Origin: Pseudomonadota bacterium
GTDB lineage: Bacteria > Myxococcota_A > Polyangia > Haliangiales > Haliangiaceae
Assembly (NCBI GenBank): GCA_014584455.1
Contig: JACTMV010000308.1
Coordinates: 1 to 27,048, forward strand
Length of the DNA: 27,048 bases
Reading direction: 5' to 3'
The first letter of the stretch is position 1, and every line of letters begins with the position of its first letter. The notes below the pieces were generated by a model. It saw only the letters and a list, made by a program, of their open reading frames with translations, made no database searches and had not been told where the DNA came from. This document shows, piece by piece, positions 15,964-25,625 of this stretch. The position numbers and the translations under genes were made by a program.

Positions 15964-16539
15964 TCACAGGCAGGTCACGCTGCTGACCGCGGTGTGGCTG
16001 CAGTGGGTGTCGGGATCGGTCGAGGCCGCGGTCAGGTGGTAGATGCGACAGGCCAGCGTGTTGCCGGCGATGTCGCTGGCGTCGTAGGTCTCGGTGGCGT
16101 CGAGGCCGGGGCAGGCCGCCAGGCAGGCGGCGACCGAGGCGTAGGGCGGCACCGCCTGGTCGCTGCACAGGGCGTCGGTGATGGCGCAGAAGCTCTCGCA
16201 GTTGGTGCCGCAGGTGCCGTCGCCGCCGGGGCCGGCGCGGGTGCAGGCGGTGGGGTCGCCCTCGGCGATCGCCGCCCAGTACGTCCGGCAGGCGATGGTC
16301 TGGCCGCCGCGATCGTCGGGCGCGCCCAGCTCCAGGGTCTCGCACGTCGCCTGGCAGGTCGAGACGTCGGAGAACTGCGCGACCGCGCCCTGGCAGTTGC
16401 GCATGACCAGCACGCAGTAGTCCTCGCAGGCGTTGGCGACCCGGTCGACCTCCGTCCCGCCACAGGCGAGCCCCGCGAGCGCGGCCCCGATCATGACCAT
16501 GGTGCCGCCGACGAGTCCCCGGGTTCGCATCGCCTGCAT
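15964..16539 (-). CDS. Cysteine-rich lipoprotein with an internal tandem duplication (2 x about 75 aa)
   Basis: Start at MQAMRTRGLVGGTMVMIGAALAGLACGG (ATG 16537-16539, lipobox). It is the clean C-terminal third of the 325-aa artefact ORF. The two halves share the pattern CE(D/S)(Y/F)C....C....(S/A)C.A.C..L....TYDASDIAGNT(I/L)ACR(T/I)Y(W/H), with 18 Cys in total. Confidence 0.6.
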   Translation of the reverse strand: MQAMRTRGLVGGTMVMIGAALAGLACGGTEVDRVANACEDYCVLVMRNCQGAVAQFSDVSTCQATCETLELGAPDDRGGQTIACRTYWAAIAEGDPTACTRAGPGGDGTCGTNCESFCAITDALCSDQAVPPYASVAACLAACPGLDATETYDASDIAGNTLACRIYHLTAASTDPDTHCSHTAVSSVTCL

Positions 16540-16601
16540 CGTAGGTGAGGCCGTGGCCGCCGGCAACCGACTGGCCGCCGCGGCGCCCGGGCGGCCCGGG
16601 A

Positions 16602-18143
16602 TCAGGCGAACGCGAGCTGGCGGGGGGTCGGGCCGTAGCGGGCCAGGTAGCCGGCGAGCGCCAGCTTCTTCAGGGCCGCCGCCGACGACATGTAGCGGAC
16701 GACGCCGAAGATCGGACGCTCGGGCGCCCACGGGCGATCGAAGCGGCCCAGGGTCCAGAAGATGCCGCTGTACGAGTTGGGATCGCGGCCGTCGACGGCG
16801 TGCTTGTTGTTGAGGTGGACGAGCGCGGCCAGCGCGGCGCGCGGCGACGGCGACCACTCGAGGACCTTCTTGCCCCACAGCATGCGCAGGTAGTTCTGGA
16901 TCCGGCCGTCGCGCACGAGCTGGGTCTGGGCGGCGTTCCACAGCGGATCATGGGTGGCGGCCGCCTCGAGCGCCGGCAGATCGTAGCGGTGCGGCCGCGG
17001 ATCGGCGGCGTGGTCGTCGAGGGTGCGCCGGGCCCACGCCGGCAACGACTCGTAGCGATCGTGATCGTCGGGGCGGTGGAAGGCGAAGCCGTGGCCGAGC
17101 TCGCGCCAGGTGAAGACCTCGTCGACGAAGGCCTCGGCCGGCGGCGGCAGCCCCCACCACCCCTCGCGCTTGCCCGAGGCGCGGGTGGCGATCCGCGACG
17201 GATCCCAGTCGGCCTCGGCCCACACCCGGTGCAGGACCTGGTGGGCGCCGACGTGGCCGAAGTGGAGGTACGACGACAGCCCGCTGGCGGCGTCGGCGTC
17301 GGGCTGGTTGCGATCCTCGGCGTACCGGGGCAGGCGGCGGGCGATGAAGTCGTCGAGCACGGCGACCGCCGCCGGCGCGCCGCCGCGCTCGGCCACCGGG
17401 CGGACGGCGTGATCGATGGGCAGCCGGGCCAGCGCCGCGGCCTCGCCGGCGAGCAGCGCCGCGCTCGCCGCCGGCCACCGCCGGGCGACCGCGCCCGGGA
17501 CCTCGCCGCCGCGGACCACGGCCGGGGCGGCGGCCAGCGGCGCCGGCGACGGCGCGCTCACGAGATGGGGATGGATCACCTTCTGCCAGTGCCAGCGGAA
17601 GGCGGCCGCCGTGGCGAAGGCGCGCTCGCTGGCGCGCAGCGGCAGGAGGCCGTTGCCGTCGACCTGCTCGACCCGCACCGCCAGCCTCGCCGCCGCCGCC
17701 GCCACCATCCGCGGCACGAAGAAGCACGGCCACTCGTCGGTGACCACCAGCGCGGCGCGCGCGGCCAGGGCCTCGAGCAGGCCGCGCCCCGCGCCCGGCG
17801 CCGGCTCGACGTACGGGTGGTACGCGACGCCGGCGGCGGCGAACGCGCGGGCGCTGGCGGCCATGCCGTCGAGGACGAAGCGGTGCAGGCGGTCGCTGGC
17901 CCACGGGTAGCCGGCGCGCAGGGCCTCGAGGACGAGCAGCGGCCGCCCCAGCTCGGCGGCGCGGGCGAGCGCGTGATCGAGGCCGAAGCTCCACGCGGCG
18001 CGGCGCGCCGCCACCATCCAGTAGAGGACGTGGGCGCCGCGGGGCGCCACCGGCCGGTCGTTGACCGCGGTCACGCGGGCGGCCGGGGCCGCGGCGGGCG
18101 GCGCCGGGGCCGCGACGCGCGAGCGGGAGAGTGAGCGGGGCAC
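16602..18143 (-). CDS. phr: Class II CPD deoxyribodipyrimidine photolyase
   Basis: The N-terminus G.HVLYWMVAARRA.WSFGLDHAL matches the class II motif (VVYWMSRDQR..DNWAL). The C-terminal FAD region is FVDEVFTWRELGHGFAFH...RIQNYLRMLWGKKVLEW...HLNNKHAVDGRDPNSYSGIFWTLGRFDRPW. It starts with GTG (18141-18143), and alternative starts are possible. Confidence 0.8.
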   Translation of the reverse strand: MPRSLSRSRVAAPAPPAAAPAARVTAVNDRPVAPRGAHVLYWMVAARRAAWSFGLDHALARAAELGRPLLVLEALRAGYPWASDRLHRFVLDGMAASARAFAAAGVAYHPYVEPAPGAGRGLLEALAARAALVVTDEWPCFFVPRMVAAAAARLAVRVEQVDGNGLLPLRASERAFATAAAFRWHWQKVIHPHLVSAPSPAPLAAAPAVVRGGEVPGAVARRWPAASAALLAGEAAALARLPIDHAVRPVAERGGAPAAVAVLDDFIARRLPRYAEDRNQPDADAASGLSSYLHFGHVGAHQVLHRVWAEADWDPSRIATRASGKREGWWGLPPPAEAFVDEVFTWRELGHGFAFHRPDDHDRYESLPAWARRTLDDHAADPRPHRYDLPALEAAATHDPLWNAAQTQLVRDGRIQNYLRMLWGKKVLEWSPSPRAALAALVHLNNKHAVDGRDPNSYSGIFWTLGRFDRPWAPERPIFGVVRYMSSAAALKKLALAGYLARYGPTPRQLAFA

Positions 18144-18173
18144 CCGACTAGGACGGCGCCGGCGACGGGGCGG

Positions 18174-18854
18174 TTACGCCGCGCGGGCCGGGTGCAGGCC
18201 GTCGGCGGCGCGCCGCAGGGCGGCCGGCGCGTCGGCGGTGACCACCGCGCCGTGGCCGGGCACGACCCGGGCCAGGCCGGGCCAGGCCGCGAGCCGGCGC
18301 AGGTGCGCGGCGTAGGCGGCGCGATCCTTCACGAGGAACCAGCGGGCGGTGCGCGTGACCTTGGGCCCGCCGGTCGAGCCGATGAGCGCGACCACCCTGC
18401 CCTTCCAGCCCGGGAGTCGATCGGGGAGGTTCATGAACGCGTCGTTGAAGACCGCGGTCACGGCGCCGTCGCCGTCGCGGTGGAGGAGGACCGCCTCCTC
18501 GGGGACGCCATCGAGCGCCTGCCAGGTCACGGCCGCGCCGCCCGGCAGGAGCGCCAGGTCACCGTCGACCGCGACCCGGCGCGCCACCGCCGCCTGCGAC
18601 GCCGCCGTCGTCACCACCCGCGCCGCGGGGTAGCGCGCCTTCCAGCGCGGGGCGTCCATCGTGTGGTTGCGGCTGGGCACGACGATCCAGCGCACCGGCC
18701 CCAGCGCCTCGATCGCGGCCTGGGTCGCGTCGTCGCAGCACACGACGCTGTGCACCGCCAGGCTGCCGTCGCCCAGGCGCAGCACCGTCATGCGGCGGCC
18801 GATGGGCAGGAGGTCGAGGCTGGCGTCGACGATCCACAGGCCGTCGGCCAGCAT
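18174..18854 (-). CDS. DUF4336-like protein (metallo-hydrolase-like fold), probable start at the internal Met
   Basis: MLADGLWIVDASLDLLPIGRRMTVLRLGDGSLAVHSVVCCDDATQAAIEALGPVRWIVVPSRNHTMDAPRWKARYPAARVVTT matches the conserved DUF4336 N-terminal layout. The ORF-track start at 18902 would overlap the divergent gene at 18872, so I prefer the ATG at 18852-18854. Confidence 0.5.
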   Translation of the reverse strand: MLADGLWIVDASLDLLPIGRRMTVLRLGDGSLAVHSVVCCDDATQAAIEALGPVRWIVVPSRNHTMDAPRWKARYPAARVVTTAASQAAVARRVAVDGDLALLPGGAAVTWQALDGVPEEAVLLHRDGDGAVTAVFNDAFMNLPDRLPGWKGRVVALIGSTGGPKVTRTARWFLVKDRAAYAAHLRRLAAWPGLARVVPGHGAVVTADAPAALRRAADGLHPARAA

Positions 18855-18871
18855 CGTGAGCGGTCCGTGCG

Positions 18872-21571
18872 ATGCTTGCCGCCATGAGTCCCGGGTGGCC
18901 ATCCGGCTGCGATGCTCGCCGGATCGCGTTCGTCGCGCCAGCCGCGGCGGTCGCCTTGTGCGCGGCCGCCGCCCACCACCCGGCCGCCGCCGACGACGCC
19001 CGCGACCTGTTCGGCCTCGACGCGCCGGCCGACGCGCCGGCGACCTGCGCCGACGCCCGCGACCTGCCGTGCCCGGTCGACGACGCGCGGCCGCCGGCGG
19101 CGTGGCGCACCCGGCTCCGCGCCACGTACCTCCTGCGCCTGCCCCTGGCCGCGGCCGACCTCGACGCCGCCGCCGGCCTCGTGGTGGGCGCCGGCCGCGA
19201 CGACGGCGGCCTCTACTACGCCGGCGCGACCTCGGCCGACAACCGCTGGCTGGTGGACGGCGCGGCCGTCGACTCGCCGCGGCTGGGCAACCTCGGCCTG
19301 CGGGTGCCGCTGGCGTTCGTCGACGAGGTGACGGTGACCACCGGCGGCTTCTCGGCCCGCGACCGGGCCGCGGTCGGCGCCGTGATCGAGGCCCGCCTGC
19401 GCGAGGGCGGCGACCACCATCGCGCCACCGCCCGCGCCTGGCTCGGCGCCGGCGCGCCGCCGCGGCTCACCGCGCCGGTGCGCGGCGAGTACCGCTCGTT
19501 CCAGGGCCGCCTCGCCGATCAGCGCGCGCTCGACCTGGCGCTCGTCGGCGACGGGCCGCTGCTCCGCGCCGGCGGCGCGCGCCTGTGGTACGCGGCCGGC
19601 GTCGCGCCGCGGCTGGCGGACGCCTCGCTGGTCCGCCACGCCTGGCGCCGCGCCGACGCCGACGGCGACCTGCGCCCCGACCGGCGGCCCGACGGCCTCC
19701 TGGTCCACGACCCGCTGGGCACCGCCCACCGCGACGCGGTGGCGTGGTCGGTGCCGGCGATGCTGCGGCTGGGCGCGCGCGCCGCCCACCACGATCTGGC
19801 CGCCACCGCGCTGGTCACCGCCGCCGGCGACACCCGGTGGCGGGTCACCGCCGAGGAGGACGCCGCCGGCGTCGATCGTCGCGACCTCGACGCCTCGCTG
19901 TCGGCGACCTGGCGCGGCACCTGGCCGCGCACCCGCGCCCGCGTCGTCGCGAGCTGGCTGCGCGCCGGCCGCGTCGAGTCGCCGCGCGCCGCCGGCGGCC
20001 TCGCCCCCGATCTCGGCCTCGCCTACATCCCGCCGCCCGAGGCCACGACGACCGGCGCCGATCGCGCCGTCCGCGCCGGCTGCACCGATCAGGTCGCCGA
20101 CGATCCGTACCCCGGCTTCGTCAACTGCCCGTTCCCCACCGGCTACTACCACGTCGGCGGCGTCGGCCAGCTCGGCGACGTGATCCAGGACCGGCCGGGC
20201 GTGGTGGCCGAGCTCGAGCGCGCCATCGGCGACCACACCATCGCCGCCGGGGTGAGCGGCGAGGACGCCCGCGTCGTCCTCCGCACCCGCTACAGCGGCG
20301 GCTACCTCCGCCGCCAGCTCGGCCCCGAGGCCTACGTCGACTACCGCCTGGTGCGGGTCGGCGCCGGGCCCGGCCTCGACGACGCCTGCGGCGACGTGGC
20401 GTGCGACTGGCTCGACGAGCACGAGCGCACGATCCGTACCCGCCACGTCGCGGCCTGGCTCGCCGACACCTGGCGACCGGGCGCCGCGATCGCGGTCGAG
20501 TACGGGGCGCGCGCCGAGGCCAGCCAGATCGGCGAGTCGGTGCGGGTCCGCGATCTGCTGCCGCGGCTGGGCGCGGCCTGGGACTTCCTCGGCGGCGGCC
20601 GCTCGCGCGCCTTCGTCGGCTGGGGCCGCTACGCCGCGGCGCTGCCCGCGGGCGCCGGCGAGCGCGTGTTCTCGGGGCCCACCGTCTACCAGCAGGCGAC
20701 CTTCGGCCCGACCATGACCCACGCCCTCGCCGCCAGCGGCGAGGTGCCGATCGCGCCCGACCTGCGCGGCGTGCGCGTCGACGAGGCGCTGGCCGGCGTC
20801 GAGGTCGGCGCCGCCGACGTGGCGCGGCTGGGCGTGGTGGCGCGCCACCGCCACCTCGGCCGCGGGCTCGAGACCGTGGGCGGCGTGCTGACCGTGGTCG
20901 GCGCCGAGCCCGGCCAGGCCGCCGCCACCCGCGAGCTGATCGAGGTCGGCGTGACCGGCGAGACCTCGCCCGCCGCCGCGGTCACCGTGCGCGCCGGCTA
21001 CGCCTGGTCGCGGCTGCGCGGCAACTGGGCCGGCCCCCACGATCCGGTCGACGGCTTCGGCCTCTACCTGTCGTCGGCGCTCGACGACGGCGCGATCAAC
21101 GCCACCGGCCCCCTGCCCAACGACCAGCCCCACCGCTTCTTCGCCGAGGTCACCGGCCGCGGCCGCAAGGCCGGGTTCGAGCTCGAGCTCGGGCTGCGCG
21201 CCGCCGCCACCTCGGGCCGGCCGCGCAGCGTGCGCACGATCGCCGGCCAGAGCTTCCTCCTGCCTCGCGGCGCCGCCGGCCGCCTGCCGACGGTGGCCCA
21301 GACCAGCGCCCGCCTGGCGGCGCGCCGCGGGCGCCTCACGGTCGGCCTCGACGTGCTCAACCTGTTCGACCGTCGCGGCACCGTCGCCGTCGACGAGGTC
21401 CACGTCATCGACGCGCTCCTGCCCATCGACGGCGGCGACGCCGGCGACCTGATCTTCGCCAAGGACAACGTCTTCGAGTCGGAGCCGGCCCGGGTCAACC
21501 GTCGCCGCGGCGCGCCCAGCCGCTTCCAGGCGCCGCTGCTCGCCGTGCTCGGCGTGCGCGTCGAGCTGTGA
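18872..21571 (+). CDS. TonB-dependent-receptor-like outer-membrane beta-barrel protein. The start codon is uncertain.
   Basis: Plug-domain-like segment NRWLVDGAAVDSPRLGNLGLRVPLAFVDEVTVTTGGFSARDRAAVGAVIE, then a long roughly 700-aa region with alternating beta-strand pattern ending LLAVLGVRVEL. There is an N-terminal hydrophobic stretch (RIAFVAPAAAVALCAAAA). The composition is not Arg-rich, unlike the overlapping 871-aa and 1040-aa artefact ORFs. Confidence 0.5.
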   Translation: MLAAMSPGWPSGCDARRIAFVAPAAAVALCAAAAHHPAAADDARDLFGLDAPADAPATCADARDLPCPVDDARPPAAWRTRLRATYLLRLPLAAADLDAAAGLVVGAGRDDGGLYYAGATSADNRWLVDGAAVDSPRLGNLGLRVPLAFVDEVTVTTGGFSARDRAAVGAVIEARLREGGDHHRATARAWLGAGAPPRLTAPVRGEYRSFQGRLADQRALDLALVGDGPLLRAGGARLWYAAGVAPRLADASLVRHAWRRADADGDLRPDRRPDGLLVHDPLGTAHRDAVAWSVPAMLRLGARAAHHDLAATALVTAAGDTRWRVTAEEDAAGVDRRDLDASLSATWRGTWPRTRARVVASWLRAGRVESPRAAGGLAPDLGLAYIPPPEATTTGADRAVRAGCTDQVADDPYPGFVNCPFPTGYYHVGGVGQLGDVIQDRPGVVAELERAIGDHTIAAGVSGEDARVVLRTRYSGGYLRRQLGPEAYVDYRLVRVGAGPGLDDACGDVACDWLDEHERTIRTRHVAAWLADTWRPGAAIAVEYGARAEASQIGESVRVRDLLPRLGAAWDFLGGGRSRAFVGWGRYAAALPAGAGERVFSGPTVYQQATFGPTMTHALAASGEVPIAPDLRGVRVDEALAGVEVGAADVARLGVVARHRHLGRGLETVGGVLTVVGAEPGQAAATRELIEVGVTGETSPAAAVTVRAGYAWSRLRGNWAGPHDPVDGFGLYLSSALDDGAINATGPLPNDQPHRFFAEVTGRGRKAGFELELGLRAAATSGRPRSVRTIAGQSFLLPRGAAGRLPTVAQTSARLAARRGRLTVGLDVLNLFDRRGTVAVDEVHVIDALLPIDGGDAGDLIFAKDNVFESEPARVNRRRGAPSRFQAPLLAVLGVRVEL

Positions 21572-21589
21572 GCCGCCGCCGCCGCGCGG

Positions 21590-23011
<1,422 letters not shown>

Positions 23012-23086
23012 GATGGGGGCGCGCACCTTGCCACGGGTGGGGCCGGCATACCAGCCGGACCCTCCGGAGGCGACCGGTGGCCTATC

Positions 23087-24415
23087 ATGAGGGGCATGCG
23101 GCGGCTCGCGCCCCTCCTCGCGCCCCTGGCGCTCGCCGCCGCGTGCGGCGACAACCTGCCCCAGGTCCACCGCCTCGACATCGTCGGCCACACCGACCTG
23201 GGGGCGCGCGGCATGTACGCGGCGCTGGCGGTCGCTGGCGACACCGCCTACGTCGGCTCGCGCAACGACAAGAAGGGCGTGCTCATCGTCGACCTCGCCG
23301 ATCCGGCGCGGCCGACGGTGGTCGGCGAGCTCGGCCCGCCCGACGAGGGGCTGCCGTCGATGTCGTCGCGCGAGCTGCGCGCGGTGCCCGACCTCGACCT
23401 CCTGATCGTGCTCAACATGGTCTGCGGCGAGGAGCAGCACGGCTGCGCGCCGACCGGCGGCGAGGTCGAGAACTTCAAGCTCTACGACATCGCCGACCGG
23501 CGGGCGCCGCGCCTGGTCGCGACCATCCCGGTGACCGGCGACTTCCGCCGGCCGCGCAGCCCGCACGAGTTCTACCTGTGGCGCGACGGCGCGCGCGTGC
23601 TGCTGTTCGTGTCGGCGCCGCCGGGGCCGCCGGCGTTCGAGGTCATCGACGTCACCGATCCACGGGCGCCGGTGCGCACGACGTGGGATCCGACCCAGGA
23701 GGGCGTGCGCCGGCTGTCCGGCGACTACATCCTGCACTCGGTGGGGGTGTCGGCCGACGGCAAGATCGCGTACCTCTCACACCTCCGCGCCGGCCTCCTG
23801 CTCGCCGACGTCTCGGCGCTGCCCGCGGTCCGGCTGCTCACGCCGCCCGACGCGGCGGTGACCTGGCCGCCCGCCGAGTTCGCCGGCCCGCACTCGGCCG
23901 TGCAGCTCCGCGGCCGCAACGTGCTGGTGCTGAGCGAGGAGGTCTACCCCAACCCGCTCGGCACCGGCTGCCCGTGGGGGCACGTCCGCACCGTCGATGC
24001 CTCCGATCCCGCGGCGCCGGTGCTGCTCGGCGAGTTCCGGCTGCCCGAGAACGATCCGGCCTACTGCGCCGGCGGCGACCACGACCGCGTCGCCTTCACC
24101 GCCCACAACATCACCACCACCCGCGACCTGGCCTTCGTCACCTGGTACTCGGGCGGCCTCCAGGTGATCGACGTCGAGGATCCGCGGGCGCCGGTGGGGC
24201 TGGCCGAGCTGCGGCCCGAGCCGGTGCCGGTGGTCGAGCACGAGGACCCGACCCTGGGCGGCCACCCGGTGCTGATGTGGAGCTACCCGGTGATCCAGGG
24301 CGGCCTCGTCCACGTCGTCGACTCGCGCAACGGCCTCTACGTCCTGCGCTACCGGGGCCGCCACGAGGACCAGCTCTTCGAGGACCTGTTCGTCGAGGGC
24401 AACAGCAACCTGTGA
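23087..24415 (+). CDS. LVIVD-repeat beta-propeller lipoprotein
   Basis: Signal peptide plus lipobox (LALAAACG). The LVIVD repeat appears several times: [50 protein letters not shown] lies 17 nt upstream of ATG 23087. It is divergent from the helicase gene across a 75-bp gap. Confidence 0.75.
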   Translation: MRGMRRLAPLLAPLALAAACGDNLPQVHRLDIVGHTDLGARGMYAALAVAGDTAYVGSRNDKKGVLIVDLADPARPTVVGELGPPDEGLPSMSSRELRAVPDLDLLIVLNMVCGEEQHGCAPTGGEVENFKLYDIADRRAPRLVATIPVTGDFRRPRSPHEFYLWRDGARVLLFVSAPPGPPAFEVIDVTDPRAPVRTTWDPTQEGVRRLSGDYILHSVGVSADGKIAYLSHLRAGLLLADVSALPAVRLLTPPDAAVTWPPAEFAGPHSAVQLRGRNVLVLSEEVYPNPLGTGCPWGHVRTVDASDPAAPVLLGEFRLPENDPAYCAGGDHDRVAFTAHNITTTRDLAFVTWYSGGLQVIDVEDPRAPVGLAELRPEPVPVVEHEDPTLGGHPVLMWSYPVIQGGLVHVVDSRNGLYVLRYRGRHEDQLFEDLFVEGNSNL

Positions 24416-24444
24416 CCGGCGCCGGCGCGGTCGCGCCCGGCGGG

Positions 24445-24498
24445 CCCGGTCAGGCCGGTCAGGCCGGTCACGCCGGTCACGCCGGTCACGCCGGTCAG
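24445..24498. repeat. 9-bp tandem repeat GCCGGTCA(G/C) x6 between convergent genes
   Basis: Read directly: cccggtcag gccggtcag gccggtcac gccggtcac gccggtcac gccggtcag, then gtcagg. The last copy abuts the stop (24500-24502) of the minus-strand LNS2 lipoprotein gene. The track ORF translating it (TGVTGVTGVTGLTGLTG) is an artefact. Confidence 0.7.
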
Positions 24499-24499
24499 G

Positions 24500-25519
24500 T
24501 CAGGGCGCGAGGGTCGCCGCGGCGGGCTGGGCCTCGACGTCGGCGAGGTGGTCGACGTAGCCGGCCAGCGCATGCGGCAGCGGGTGGGCGTCGCAGGGCG
24601 TGGGCGTGCCGAGGATGAACGTGGCGGCCGGCGGGACGCCAGCCTTGGCGTAGGCGCAGACGTCGGTGGCGGCGTTGCCGTAGGCGCGGACGACGCGCAG
24701 CCCGGCGGCCTGGAGCGCGGTCAGAGCCTCGCGCTTGAACGCGCCGACGCCGTCGCGGCTCGGTCGGCCGTCGCGCAGACGATCGGGGGTGAACAGCGGC
24801 CCGAACGGGAAGCCGCCGGTCACCAGCCAGCGCCGGGTGCGCTCGCGCAGCGGGTACGGGCGGCCGGTGACGTAGACGACGAGGTAGCCCTTGTCGGCCC
24901 AGGCCCGGGCCACCGCGGCGGCGCCGGCGAAGGCCTCGGCGCCACGCCCGAGCAGGTCGTCGAGCAGCTCGCCGTCGTCGATCGTGAGCGTGCCGTCGAT
25001 GTCGAACACCACCGCCGGCGTGGCGCCGGGCAGCACCCAGACGCCGCCCTCGGCGGCGCTGCCGTCGCCGGCGACCCGCATCCAGTAGCGGTGGTGCCCG
25101 GGCGGCAGCGCCGGCGCCTGGTAGCCGGCGCGGCCGTCGTCGTCGGTGCCGGTGCGGCCGAGGCGGCGGACCGCGCAGTCGGCGCCCGCCAGGTAGACGT
25201 CGACGTCCTCGCCCTCGAGGTCCTTCGAGACCTTGCCGTAGGCGAACTTGGCGACGAGCTCGGGCCGGGTCCGCGCCGGCACGACGACGTCGCTGGCGAC
25301 GTGGCGCGGCTCGCCCATGCGCGCGACCACGGCGCTGCGATCGTGGCGCCACGCCGCGCCGCTGGCGGTCGGCGGCGCGCAGGCCGGCGCCTCGCCCGGC
25401 CACGGCACGCGCGGCGCCGCCCGCTCGCGCTGGCAGCCGCCGGCGAGGACGAGCGCGGCGGCCAGGGTGGCGAGCGCGACGAGCGTGGAGGGGGTGAGGG
25501 TCGAGGTAGGGCGGGTCAC
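24500..25519 (-). CDS. Lipoprotein with an LNS2 (lipin/Ned1/Smp2)-type HAD phosphatase domain
   Basis: Signal peptide plus lipobox (LVLAGGCQ) with a GTG start (25517-25519). The HAD motif I DxDGT is present (VVFDIDGTLTIDDGEL), followed by YLVVYVTGRPYPL (motif II region) and FKREAL...AYGNAATDVCAYAKAGV (motif III/IV). This layout is typical of the lipin LNS2 family. Confidence 0.55.
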   Translation of the reverse strand: MTRPTSTLTPSTLVALATLAAALVLAGGCQRERAAPRVPWPGEAPACAPPTASGAAWRHDRSAVVARMGEPRHVASDVVVPARTRPELVAKFAYGKVSKDLEGEDVDVYLAGADCAVRRLGRTGTDDDGRAGYQAPALPPGHHRYWMRVAGDGSAAEGGVWVLPGATPAVVFDIDGTLTIDDGELLDDLLGRGAEAFAGAAAVARAWADKGYLVVYVTGRPYPLRERTRRWLVTGGFPFGPLFTPDRLRDGRPSRDGVGAFKREALTALQAAGLRVVRAYGNAATDVCAYAKAGVPPAATFILGTPTPCDAHPLPHALAGYVDHLADVEAQPAAATLAP

Positions 25520-25537
25520 GGCGCGTCGCGGAGCGTA

Positions 25538-25590
25538 CCGGATCCGGGTCCGGACTCGGGCTCGGGTTCGGATTCGGGCTCGGGTTCGGC
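25538..25590. repeat. Degenerate 9-bp-period repeats (GGG(C/T)(T/C)CGG(A/C)) including an 18-bp tandem duplication (ctcgggctcgggttcgga / ttcgggctcgggttcggc)
   Basis: Read directly at 25555-25572 and 25573-25590 (16/18 identical), with similar 9-mers upstream (ggatccggg tccggactc). It lies 19-70 bp upstream of the LNS2 gene start and downstream of the Lhr-like gene stop (25626). Confidence 0.4.
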
Positions 25591-25625
25591 TCCGAGACCG
25601 ACGACGACCTCGGCCGGCGCGGACG

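Noticed and set aside
9329-16042. 2237-aa (+) and 1264-aa (-, 8481-12275) giant ORFs
   Set aside because: Both are extreme Arg/Gly/Pro/Ala low-complexity translations crossing several real genes on both strands (MVP, Cys-rich lipoprotein, VIT-vWA, M50B). They are artefacts of GC-rich sequence lacking stop codons.
16032-16463. 143-aa minus-strand ORF (PTPARTTACWSCATARARS...) overlapping the Cys-rich lipoprotein gene
   Set aside because: It is an alternative frame of the same region with Ala/Pro/Arg/Thr-rich low complexity. The frame 15964-16539 has the lipobox signal peptide and the Cys-repeat structure.
24445-24498. Possible CRISPR array (regular short repeats)
   Set aside because: The units are 9 bp and directly abutting, with no spacers. 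This is far below CRISPR repeat and spacer sizes, and no cas genes are nearby.
24349-24573. 74-aa ORF translating to ...TGVTGVTGVTGLTGLTG... that resembles a collagen-like peptide
   Set aside because: It is simply the translation of the 9-bp tandem DNA repeat GCCGGTCAC in the intergenic region between convergent genes. It has no start context and runs antisense to the end of the LNS2 gene.
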